Source: Azolla caroliniana
Lineage: Eukaryota > Plantae > Polypodiophyta
Length of the DNA stretch: 64,000 nucleotides
Assembly (NCBI GenBank): GCA_043228905.1
Contig: JBHGNT010000022.1
Coordinates: 9,052,001-9,116,000, forward strand
Direction of reading: 5' to 3'
Shown here: piece by piece, positions 27,001 to 38,800 of the stretch
Position numbering within the stretch: position 1 is the first letter of the stretch
Layout of the letters: every line of letters starts with the position of its first letter
The notes under the pieces: generated by a model
What the model was told of the DNA's origin: nothing
The model's database searches: none
What the model saw: only the letters and a program-made list of their open reading frames with translations
Translations under genes and position numbers: made by a program

Positions 27001-30000
27001 GATCACCTTTTGTAGTTCGCCCAAGGTGTCGTCAAAAGAGACTGCCGCTACGGCGCCGCTGATGTCCTCGTTGGGGAAGAGGAATCCGCATCCCCTGAGC
27101 CACTCCTCCGCTCGCTTCCTCTCCCTGCCGCTGACGCTGGTTATAGTACAACCTCCGTTGTCGGAGAACCAAAATTTCCTACCTATGGTACAAGTCTTCT
27201 TCCGTACTGTACATTTGTGGGGTTCTTCCCGGGTGTTCAGACTATCGTGGCCCCACGCCTTCATAGCCCTCTCTAAAAATCCCCTCGAGTTTCGCTGCCG
27301 AGGGCCTCGCGGTTACGCTCGTGGTTTGGTCGCACCGTTAGGAACTAGACCGAGTGACGCCCGTCCTGGCTCTTGACTCTTGCATAGGCTGAACCGTTGT
27401 CCAACACCTTGGTCTCCATCCGTGCCGCTGTGATATATGGCTCTCCTAGTATAACCGGATGCGAGAACGTCTCCTGCACGAAGAAGTGCTGGTCGATCTC
27501 GACATCGCAGATTTTCAACCGTACGTTCGGACAGGCCCCATGTAGTTCTTCAGTGGTGCGCGTCGCTGCCCGTATCTTCCAGCCATGCTTGGTGTTGATC
27601 GGCCATTTACCCTTCTTGTAGAAATCCATGGACATCAGGTTGATTTTGGATCCATGGTCTACCAACGCCACCACCAGTTCCAGAACGTTGTCGATCCGTA
27701 CAGGGGTTTCCGTAGTCGCCCTGGCCCAATGCGGCTTCGTGTAGTGGCTTCCCGCCAGCTCATCTTCTAGGGCTCCGTCTTCCAGGTGCGTGGTCCGCAC
27801 TTCCACCGGCTTCTCCGGTTCCGGCTCCGTCGAGAGCCTCTTCCGCTTCACCAAGTCTACAATAGAGTCGTGGAACTCCCTCTTGGCGATTCCCAACACC
27901 TCCCGCAACGACAGTTCCACTTTACTGTCGAGGATTCGCTCTTCAAGGACCTTCCGTAGGTCCGTTGCTCTCTCGATTTCGGTGCTCAACCGAAACCCCG
28001 CCTGCTTCTTCCCATCCGGCACGCCTGGGTTGCCGGCACCAGTCGGTTTCGGTCCGAACCGGGTCTCATACCTCGGGGGGCCAACCCCTCCGGCCTTTCC
28101 TGCCCGTTTGTCCTCCACCAGAACCTCGTAGTTCTGGCAAGCGGCTTCTATGAAGCCCATTTTCTCTTTGACCGGATCGTCCCAACCGGTGACCTCCTGG
28201 ACCCGCTGTTCCGCGTGGTCCGCCTCTTCCTTCCTCAACCGAACTCCGGAGAGGCCTTCTAGCACTAGCGGCCAGAATCCGGAGTCCTTCGCCTTCCGGG
28301 TCTCATCACCCCCGACCCGAATTCCCACCGACACTGAGTAGTTAACAACTTCGATGTGCCGTGCCGCGGCCTCTTCCATCAACCTCTTCATTCCACCGCG
28401 CCCTGTATTCAGTTCCAGGACTCTCTAGGTCTCGCTCGTGTGCACCCGCCCGTTCCAGAGGTACACCACGTTGGTCCTGAGCGCGTCGGCGAAATCCGCG
28501 CAATCCTTCCGAATGTGACCGATCGCGTCACACCACATGCACCGCTGCCCAGCCGGCGGCCTCCGGTCGCGAGGTTGTTCACCGCTGTCTCTTCGGGCCT
28601 GTGCGATCTGCAGGTCGCGCACCATCTGTGTTAGCTCCTCCAGAGCCGCTCCTCCGGATGAGCCTCTGATCACGTCGTTCGATGCAGACCCCGACTCCGG
28701 CCAGATTCGGGTCTCTTCCTTCCTCCCAGCCGGCACCGAAACCGGCTCCTCGAGCCTCCTCCCCGGGACCGGCCCCGACCCCGACGTGCTTCCGTCGCTC
28801 CAATCGCGCCATTTGTTGAAACGGCTGCAGACCTATTTTACCACGGACCAGTCCGTCGTGAGCCTTTCGTCCATTTCCAATAGGGGACCCACCTTTTCCC
28901 TGTCGAGCACATCCACCGACTTGACAAATAGCAGTACTCGACTTGTTTCGAGCACCGTCCAGTCCAGCGTCGACAGCCGCGCGAACCGTTTTTCGAACTC
29001 CTGGAGGAGCACCGATGTGTTCCTCCCTTTTCCGGGGCTTTCCACCCACGCCATGAAGTTCCGCCTTGACAGCTGTAGCGAGTCGTCAAACCCGTACTTC
29101 TCGAGGAACTGTAGCTCGAACTCCTCCCAAGTCTGGCATCTGGCCAACACCTCGAGCACCTCCGCATGGATGCCCGGTGTCACCACCCGAGGGAATCCGG
29201 ACAACCGCCTGTCCACCGGGATATCCCTCATGATCATTTCAGCCCGGTAAGCCTCCAAATAACTTGTGGCGTCTTTCCCTCCAAAACGGCCTATAGAGCC
29301 GACGATCGATTCAATGGCTCTGTCGAGGGTACCCGTTCCCTCACGAGCACTCACCAGCCGGTCGACGGCCACCGCCATTGCCTCTGCTAGCTTCGATCCC
29401 CTCATCTTTCGACTCCTTTGCCGCCCTTTCACGTCGGGTTCACCAAAGATGTCGCGTTGTTACGCGCGTGCGTGTAGAAAGAGGCGGGACCACGGGGGTC
29501 TTGGACCAAGGAGAGAGAGATGGAGAGAGAGAGAGAGATACATAGAGAAGAGTTAAGAGCGAGAAACCATAATCCAATTACTAAAATCAATAGCTTACTA
29601 CTCGAACAGTTACAATCGGCAACCCGGTAATGGGCCCAACACGGGGTCCCACTCACACACACAGACGACTACCACACAACTCCAGGAACCAAAAGGGGGA
29701 GAGCCCCTGCTTGAAGCACATGGGATGTCAACGAAGCAGAGGCAACGAACTCCTGACACCCACAGAGACCGACGACTGGAGGAGGAGAAGAGAGAGCTCC
29801 GCACTTCGTTCTGCAGCAACACCCTTCTTCTTCCCCAACGCACGATCCCCTTTTCTCTTGTCCTCTTCCCTTTATTCCCTGTCCCTCTGACAGGGATACG
29901 CACAATCCCCCCCCTTAATAAATGCGTGCGACTTAGTATTTATCTCCACCGATTCGTGTACAAAATACCAAGTCACGCGTCCATCCGTGTAAGGGCCGGT

Positions 30001-30156
30001 TTATGCGCTTTCTCTCCGATTCCGCCTATGACCGGTTTTCTTCACGACAGCGCTCATGTATTACATGTGGTGCATGATAACCATGTCACTCATTTTAGCT
30101 CTCATGTATGAGAATTTACATGTAAAGTTACAATGATAAAAATATAATTTCAAGAA

Positions 30157-30227
30157 AATGTGTTGGCTTAGTGGTAAGGTTATTGTTTCTCAACTTGGAG
30201 GTCCAAGGTTCAAATCCTTACTTTTCC
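30157..30227 (+). ncRNA. tRNA-derived Pol III A/B-box cassette in the E 3' LTR
   Basis: A box TGGCTTAGTGG 30164-30174, B box GGTTCAAATCC 30207-30217. Confidence 0.6.
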
Positions 30228-30670
30228 TCCTTGTGTATATGTATAAATATTTATTTATTTATTTATCCATCTAGCCGCCAGTCGCCGGTCACCGGATGCT
30301 GGTTGCCAGTTGTCGGATGTTGGTTACCGTTCGGTCGCCGGTTGTCGGTTTCGTCGCCGATCGCCGGTTGCTAGATGTCGGTTATCGTTTGGTCGCCGGA
30401 TCCCAGTTCCGTCGCCGTTCCGGTCGCAGGACACCAGATCCTGGTGGTAGTCCTTGTGTATATGTATAAATATTTATTTATTTATTTATCCATCTAGCCG
30501 CCAGTCGCCGGTCACCGGATGCTGGTTGCCAGTTGTCGGATGTTGGTTACCGTTCGGTCGCCGGTTGTCGGTTTCGTCGCCGATCGCCGGTTGCTAGATG
30601 TCGGTTATCGTTTGGTCGCCGGATCCCAGTTCCGTCGCCGTTCCGGTCGCAGGACACCAGATCCCGGTTA
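30228..30670 (+). repeat. ~220-bp tandem duplication of the GC-rich (CCGG/GTCGCC) array in the E 3' LTR U3
   Basis: tccttgtgtatatgtataaat...ggacaccagatcc occurs at ~30228-30445 and again at ~30451-30670. Confidence 0.85.
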
Positions 30671-31631
30671 CCACCAGTTCCGTCGCCCAACCAAAACCTT
30701 TGCAAGTAGCCAGGCCACACCCATTCATCCAATAGCTTGGTTCAAGTCACCTTGAACTCTCTATGCTCCATATATAGACACAAAGATAATAGCTTTTGCT
30801 CTACCTTATATATGGTGAGATCCCTTTTTCTTGTCTACGTGGGATATCTCACAATTTTATTTTTCTCTTTGTCTTTGCAAACTTCCTACCCACATAAGTT
30901 GACACTTAGATGTCCGTTTCTTATGTAATAAAGTGCATCTGAAAGCTCTTCTCAAGACCTCCATCTTTTCGTACTAAGATATTAAACTTACTTAAAATTA
31001 GTATCTTCACTATTATTATTTTATATGAATCACACTCGATTTCGTACGTTTTATGTGATTTTCACACCATTGCCGAAAATCTTCACGACATCCACCCCCA
31101 CCAAACCGCACGTCCTCCGGTACATGCCAAGAAGAAAGAATGTGAGATTTCGGCAATGGTGATCAGCATGACTCCTCAACGTCGAGCATGTCTGTTTCTT
31201 TGTACTCGAATCATTGTTGCCACCCAATCCACCATATCATTCGTTTTTTCTTTGCTTTAACATGACTTGTTGTCATGGCCCCTTGGTCTCTTCTTGAGGA
31301 TAATCGTTTAAGTCTCATGAATGTTCCACCTTTGTCTCAATCGTCTCCTTGCTCAAGGCACTTTGACTCGTTCACAATAGTGTCTTTGATAGATGTTTTG
31401 ATCACATCCTTCAAATCCTCATGGCTTGCTTGGCCATCGCCATCCCTTGTCATATTTTGCTCAAACTCTTTGTTGCACATATAAGCTTTAACCCTTGCTT
31501 CTTCCCCATCACTATCCTTCTCTTGGGTCTTACATTGGTTAATGCCCAAGTCTCTAGAACGAGTGTGGAGGGACCCATACATTTCCATCGTTCGCCTTTT
31601 TCGTGTTGCACTTAGCCATTTCCATCTTAAA

Positions 31632-31748
31632 GTTGCTCGAATCAGCATTGACCTTTGCTTCCTCGCCGTCGTTGCTCGAATCAGCATTGACCTTTGCTTC
31701 CTCTCCGTCGTTGCTCGAATCAACATTGAACTTTGCTTCCTCACCGCC
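31632..31748. repeat. Three ~39-bp tandem repeats in the E internal region
   Basis: gttgctcgaatca(g/a)cattga(c/a)ctttgcttcctc repeated three times, encoding RKQ.SMLIRAT on minus. Confidence 0.85.
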
Positions 31749-33529
31749 AGCTTCCGTCTCTTAGGTCGTACATCGGTTAATGCCCAAGTCTCTAGAACGA
31801 GTGCGGGGAAAAGCTCTTCATGGTCATTCACCATCTTCGCCTTGACGTCATTTTCCATAGCTATTCCTTCAAACTCGTGGGCCTCGTACCCATTGATCCT
31901 TTTTATTGAGCAATCCTTTATTATGCTTCTCTCTTCGTCGCATGTATTCGTTTCGACTTCCGGCTCCTCGCTGACACCTTCCATCTCTTGGGTCTCACGT
32001 TGGTTCTTTGACGCAACTGCCCAGGTCTCCGGAGCGTGTGGAGAAACTCCGGTCGTGATCGTTGTCGACACTTATTGTCTTGTTCATAGCCGCCTCCTCA
32101 ATGTCATCTTTAGCGGCTAGATCTTCAATTACGCTAGCCTCACACTCTTGATCTCCATTGATGCAAGCTTCGATTTGGCTTGATCCATCATCCGTTGTTT
32201 CGAACACGACGCATGTTCCGAAACATTCGACCTCCTTTGAAATGGCCGTCATCGTCCTGGAGTCATCATCAATCTTCTTTTCATGTTGGATGTGTTGTTT
32301 AGGCGTCTCGATTTCTTTAGATGCTTTTGCTTTCCCCATGCTCGGCCTTATCAAGTCAATGTCATCAAGCCACCGACGACGTCTATCGATCTTGTTGCAT
32401 GCTTGCTTCACCACAACCCAATCCGCCACAAGCTCGTTCGCTTGGGTGGGTATCATCTTCGAGGAGAGTCCCCAACTCTCGTCTATCCTTCATATCCACA
32501 ACCTTTAAGAATTACAAACTCTTGTCCTCCTCAAGTAGCACTTGGTCCATGGTGGGGAGATGACTAAACATCTGGTCGAACTCGTCGTACACCCTTGAGA
32601 CGCTCATCTTCTTATTCTTCTTTTCTATCCACTTCATTAGGGCATGTCGAGTCATCCTCGTCGAGTCTTCAATCACGAATTCCGCTAATATCGCTTTCTC
32701 GAACTCGGACCATGTCGTCTTACCTTCTTGATGCTCGATGACGCGTCTTTGAATGTTGTTAGCGACCACTCTCTTGAAACTTGTGATTTGACGTGCTTCA
32801 GACATGTCCCTCTGATTCATCTCCCTTTTGTTCCTTCCATCAAATTGATCCTCGAGCTCCAGGACACGGTCGACGGCCTTCTCCACGCTCGCATAGTTGA
32901 CTCGAGATCTCATCATTTGTTCGATGATCAACATCATCCTTCCGAACTCTCCCACTTGATTGCTTGAGGATGCCATCTCCAAGTTTCGGTTGATCCTTGA
33001 CTTGATCCTTCCTGCCGCCTCTTTCACGTCAGGTTCACCACTTAATTATGTCGTGAAGATCTGTCACTACGTGTGGATCGCGAGGCGGAACCGCTAGAGT
33101 TTTGGACTGGAAGGATTCGAAGTTGCACTAGCTTTAGCGAGAAAGAAATTAAGATAGATTGAAAGAGAGAGAGATTGAGATAAGATAGACCGATTGATTT
33201 TAGATTGAGAGAGATTAAGATTGATACTCTTGACTTTAGATTTGAATAACAAGATTAATACATCAATTGGATAACGAAATTTCTTCTTAATATTAATTTT
33301 GGTATAAAGTACAAAGCTTCCCAAAAATTTTACCGTAGTCTTTCATCTTTTTCCTCCCCTCTTTTATAGATGCCCTCATGCATTTGAGGGTACAAGACAT
33401 GCATAAAATGCATGTTTGCCATTTGGCGCTCATGTATTACATGTGGTGCATGATAACCATGTCACTCAATTTAGCTCTCATGTATGAGAGTTTACATGTG
33501 TTACAATGATAAAAATATAATTCTAAAAA

Positions 33530-33600
33530 AATGTGTTGGCTTAGTGGTAAGCCTATTGACTCTCAACTTGGAGGTGCAAGGTTCAAATCCTTAATTTCCT
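33530..33600 (+). ncRNA. tRNA-derived Pol III A/B-box cassette in the E 5' LTR
   Basis: A box TGGCTTAGTGG 33537-33547, B box GGTTCAAATCC 33580-33590. Confidence 0.6.
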
Positions 33601-35316
33601 TCCTTGTGTATATGTATAAATATTTATTTATTTATTTATCTATCTAGCTGTCGGGTGCCGGGCGCCGGTTACTATTCGGTCGCCGATCGCCGATCGCCGG
33701 TTACCGTTCGGTCGCTAGATCCCGGTTACCGTTCGGACGCTGGATCCCGGTTACCGTTTAGACGCCGGATCCTGATTCCGTCGCCGGATGCCAGATCCCG
33801 ATTCCGGTTGCCGATTACCGCCGGCTCACCGGCTCCGTTGCCGATCCGGTTTTGGTTGGCCAAAACCTTTGCAAGTAACCAGGCCACACCCATTCATCCA
33901 ATAGCTTAGTTCAAGTCACCTTGAACTCTCTATGCTCCACACATAGACACAAAGATAATAGCTTTTGCTCTACCTTATGTATGGTGAGATCCTTTTTTCT
34001 TGTCTATGTGGGATATCTCACAATTTTATTTTTCTCTTTGTCTTTGCAAACTTCCTACCCACATAAGTTGACACTTAGATGTTTGTTTCTTATGTAGTAA
34101 AGTGCATCCGAAAGCTCTTCTCAAGACCTCCACCTTTTTGTACTAAGATATTAAACTTACTAAAAATTAGTATCTTCACTATTATTTTTTTATATGAATC
34201 ACACTTGATTTCATACGTTTTATGTGATTTTCACACCATTGCCGAAAATCTTCACGACAACGACACATGGGATCTCGTCCCCCACTCACCGCACAGGAAG
34301 GCGATCTGATGTGGATGGATCTACAAGGTGAAGTATAATGCCAATGGCTCCGTCAACCACTACAAAGCTCGAGTCGTAGCAAAAGGATACGCACAAACAC
34401 ATGGCATTGACTACGAAGAACCATTTGTGTCGGTGGCAAAGATGACAACTGTGTGGACCGTAATTGCACTCGCAGCGGTTAAAGGGTGGCACCTCCGTCA
34501 AATGAACGTCAAGAACACCTTTTGTCAAGGTGAATTAGATGAGGAGGTGTACATGGTGCAACCACCCGACTTCGAATCGCACATTCATCCAAAAGCCTTA
34601 TGCCAACTCAAGAAGCCTCTCTACGGCCTTAAGCAAGCACCACGTGCTTGGCATTTGAAGATTACGCACTATCTTCATCAAATCGGCTTTCGAATGTCAA
34701 AATCCGACAACTCCCTCTACGTATGACACGACTCTAGAAGCCTAATTTTCATCATCCTATACGTGGATGATCTGATCATTGGAGGTGAAAGTCTAGTCGA
34801 CATCAACAAGGTCAAGTTCCTCCTCTCCGGAAACTTCGAGATGACGAACATGAAGGAGCTCCATTTATTCCTTGGCATCGAAGTAATTCGGATTCCGGCC
34901 GGCATTATGATCTCTCAACGGCCAACTTGTTATACAAGTTACGGATGACTGAGTGCAAATCGTTCGCTACGCCTCTCAATCGAAACCACAAACTAGATGC
35001 TGACTCCGGCACAAACGAGTGCAAGCCGACCCAATATCGTCAACTGATCGGGAGTCTCATCTATCTCACGATCACTCGACCCGACCTTAGCTATCTAGTC
35101 GAACTCCTCAGCCAATTCATGCAAAAACCATGCGACATTCACTTGGATTACGCTAAGCGAGTATTACAATACGTGAGCGGCGCAATGGATTACAACGTTC
35201 TCTACGCATCGGGTACACAAACACAGACTGGGCTGGCTACAAAGCCGATCGACGATCGAGCTCCGGATTTGTCTTCTCCCTCGGCAGCGAAGCGATTTCG
35301 TGGAGTAGCAAGAAGC

Positions 35317-35348
35317 AACCCTAAACCCTAAACCCTAAACCCTAAACC
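35317..35348 (+). repeat. Interstitial plant telomere repeat (CCCTAAA)4 inside C RNase H
   Basis: aaccctaaaccctaaaccctaaaccctaaacc interrupts the SKKQP-TVALS coding sequence. Confidence 0.9.
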
Positions 35349-35840
35349 GTCGCTCTTTCGAGTACGGAGCCAGAATATAGGGGCGCAACCGTAGCTGTAT
35401 GTGAAGCTGTATGGCTCAAGAGGATTTTGAAGGATCTGGGTGTTCCCATCAAGGATTCGACTCCCCTTTACTGCGACAACATGAGCAATATATATCTGGC
35501 TCGGAACCCGGTGTTCCACGCACGCACAAAGCATATCGAAGTGCACTATCACTTCATTTGAGAGCGCGTATAGGCCGGAGATGTCGACCTTCAACACATC
35601 AACACGAATCTTCAGACGATCGACATCTTCACCAAAGCCTTAGGAGCCGACAAGCTTCGGCAATTCATGTCAGACCTTGGATTGACGATCCCTGACTTGC
35701 CAAGCTTGAGGGGGAGTACAAGCGAGAACCGGATACCGTCCGAACCGGATACCAACCGAAGCGGACATCAATTGAAAGGAACCAACCCGAGTTGAGCTTG
35801 AGGGGGAGTGTTAAGAATCAAGCTCAACATAGCACAACGT

Positions 35841-38800
35841 TGTCGAGGTATTCCTCGCGGATGCGTGGAATGAGGCGGGACCTCGGGGGTCCTGTACCGA
35901 AGAGCAAGAGAGAAAGGAGAAGAGACCCACTACGTGCGAGAGTAGATTCACAGGGACACGGCCCTTCGACACAAAGACGCGAGTGGGACAGCGACATAGA
36001 GAGACACGAATGTATGTATGTATGTATTAACAAAGACAAACAACAAAACACGAAGTCGGTTACAACCGAACAGGCCGGCGAACAGATGCCGATACCTACG
36101 CACAGAAAGGAAGGCGTAGGTTGGAGGTGCTGCCGGAAGCACTCGGGCATTCCTCAGAGCAGCGCGAGCCTCCCGAAACCTGCACAGAAGGAAGCTATGG
36201 AGTTTACGAACCAAAGAGAGAGAAGCCTTCGCACACAAACCGACAGCACTTCGTCCTCAACCCTCCGCGATTCCCTCGCCCCTCCTCGTCTCCCTCCTTT
36301 TATAGGCAAGGAAGGAGCCGTTTCCCCTTTACTTCCTACCTACCGAATCTGCCTGCCTAGGATCTCCTATGTACAACATAAGGTGCACGTGCATGAAGAG
36401 CCGGTTCCTACGCTCCGGTGCACCGATTTCGCTTGTGGACGGTTTTCTTCACGACATCCACCCCCACCTAACCGCGCATCCACCGGCATGCACCAAATTG
36501 TGTTGGGATGGAGAAAACCGGTCCAGCCTTCATTCTCCGCCCGTCGGTTCTTCCTCGGTTTCGGATCGTTCGTCGTCGCGGTCCAGGTCAACCGGATCCG
36601 GCTCGTCGTCGTGACGCTTCTTGAACGCTTTGATCCGCTTCCCAGCTACCGGTATCGCCATTCTCGTACCGTCGAGTTCCGCCAGATGGTACGTCCCATT
36701 GTCGTTGGCGCTTTGTACCACGTAAGGCCCGAACCACCTTCTTGCGAACTTCCGTGTCGCTCGGTGCTGGTTGTCGAGGCTGCTATCATAGACTGGCACC
36801 CAGTCGCCTTCCTCGATCTTCTTCGGTCGGAGCCGGTGCGTTCGGTCGAACCGGGCTTTGTTCCTCGTCCTTGCCACCCGAAGCTTTCCCGCGGCCTGCT
36901 CCACGTCCTCCGGTCTTCGCTCGAGCTGTCGTATGCGCGCCGTCAACAGTTCCTCCCGGCTCATCTCGTCTCTCCAGTCCACGGTTGCCCATGAGGAGAT
37001 CGTACGTTCCATCGGCATGATCGGCTTCTGCCCAAACATGAGCTCTACCGGCATGAATCCGGTTACCGAACTGTGCGTAGTTCGGTCAGCCCACAACGCG
37101 TAAGGCAGCAGCCGCGGCCAGTTCCCGACTTGACCTCCGCATGCCCGAACTAACGCCTTGACGATCGGTCCGTGTCCGCGCTCCACCTTTCCATTCGCCT
37201 CCGGATTGTACGCAGTGGTAAGCGAGAGCTTGACTCCTAGCCGGTCGAACAGCTCCTCGGCCTCTTCGGCGTCCAACTCCCCGTGATCAGCCCCGATCTT
37301 CCCGACGCACCCGTACCGGCATATCACGTCCTCGATCAGGAACCGACATACGGCTGCAGTCATTTTGTTCTGAAGGGCTCGGCCTTCCACCTGGTTCGTC
37401 AGATCTTCCCGAGCCAGGACCAGATACCTCATCTGTCCTACTCCCATCGGCATCGTCGCCAGGTCTACCATCCATTTGAAGTGGATGGTCGGAGGGTACG
37501 TAGGGTGAAGCTCGTCCCGGTGTCGGACTATGGAGTGCATCTGACAGCTCTCGCAAGTTGTCACGAACCGATGCACGTCCCGGTACAGTCCCGGCCACCA
37601 ATACTTCCCCTTTATCTTCTCAAACGTGGCCCACGTTCCACGGTGTCCAGCCCAAGGGCTGTCGTAATAGGCCGTCAGCAGCTCCTCCTGTTCTTCCTTC
37701 ATTGTCACCACCCGGAGCGGGACGCCGTTCCTCTTCTTCGGGTGCTTCCATAAGTGTCCGTCCCAGAGGAAGAATCGGTATGCTTTCTTCCGGATCCGGT
37801 TGGCCTCGTCCCTCCTCCACGACGCATCCGGCGTCATTGTCCTCAAGAAACCACCGATCTGGAGCCACTTGCCGTCGTACTTGCTCTCGTCGAAGCCGTT
37901 AAGTGCCGGAGTGCTCGCCCCTTCGGTCGTCACGTACGCCGCCTCGAAGAAGTCCACGCCGACTTCTTCATCCTCCGAAACCATGCCGCTCTCATCATCA
38001 AACCTCGCCCTCGAAAGCATGTCGGCCATGGCGTTGTCTTTTCCGGAAATGTGTCGTACTTCCGGGTCTAGGGACTTGATGTACGCTATCCACCTGAGCA
38101 TCGCCAGGTCCGGTGTCGCACATCCGGAAACCATGCCGAGAATTGGCAGGCAATCCGTCTCGATAATCACTTCCGTCCCGATCAGGTAGTCTTTGTCGGC
38201 CTTTACTGCCGAAACGATACCCCAGAGTTCGCGTTTAACCTGGGCGTACCCTCGCTGTTGTTCACTGAGGACCTTTGCACCGAATCGGATCGGGAACCGA
38301 ATGTCGTCCCCGTCTTCTTGGTTAATGACCCATCCGATCCCGGTCGGACTCGTATCCACCGTTATGTATACCGGGGTACCCTTCTCGTAGACAACCTTCC
38401 GGAGCACCGGTGCTGCCGCAAGAGCTTCCTTCAGCTTCCGGACCGACTCAATGTGCTCGTCTCGCCCCTCGAATTTTCGCCCTTTCTTCAGCAACCCGTA
38501 TAGTGGCTCCGCAACGTGGGCGTAATGCGGGATCCATATGTGGTAGAACGCGCATGCCCCCAGGAACCTCCGAACTTCCGTAACCGAGCTACAGTCGGTC
38601 TTCATCGCGGAGATGGCTTCTACCTTTGCCGGAGACGGCTTCCGGCCATATGGTCCACATAGGTGCCCGACCACCAGGATTTCCGATTGCCCGAAGGCCG
38701 ATTTCTCCCCGGAGAAGGTGAGCCTCGCATCCTCTAGCCTTTGTAGCACCTTCTCGCAGTCGTCGATGTGTGTTGCCACGAATCGCCGGCATCCGTCCGG

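Larger units (their letters stand above)
16373..30049 (-). mobile_element. Ty3/gypsy element F (non-chromovirus), full-length but degenerate, inserted in the E 3' LTR
   Basis: LTRs 16373-16968 and 29450-30049; TSD gcgc/gcgc; PBS 29428-29445; PPT 16969-16984. Contains gag with CMWCDAIGHIRKDC knuckle, PR (LVDHGS), RT (PFLDD), RH and INT with GPY; no chromodomain. Confidence 0.92.
15992..34259 (-). mobile_element. Ty3/gypsy element E, non-autonomous (gag only); 3' LTR 15992-16372 + 30050-31090, internal 31091-33048, 5' LTR 33049-34259
   Basis: TGTCGTGAAG...CTTCACGACA termini; 4-bp flanks acta/acga. PPT 31091-31107; Trp PBS 33023-33040; gag-like ORFs 32512-33027 and 31995-32456; no PR/RT/INT motifs. 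Confidence 0.85.

Noticed and set aside
36530-36640. Chromodomain at the integrase C-terminus of H/F
   Set aside because: The ORF ends in a short acidic tail soon after the GPY module, with no chromodomain motif.
35792-36994. 400-aa plus-strand ORF (and 40773-41825, 16273-16824, 24335-25138)
   Set aside because: These cross element junctions or run through LTRs or antisense pol in GC-rich DNA; no domain motifs.
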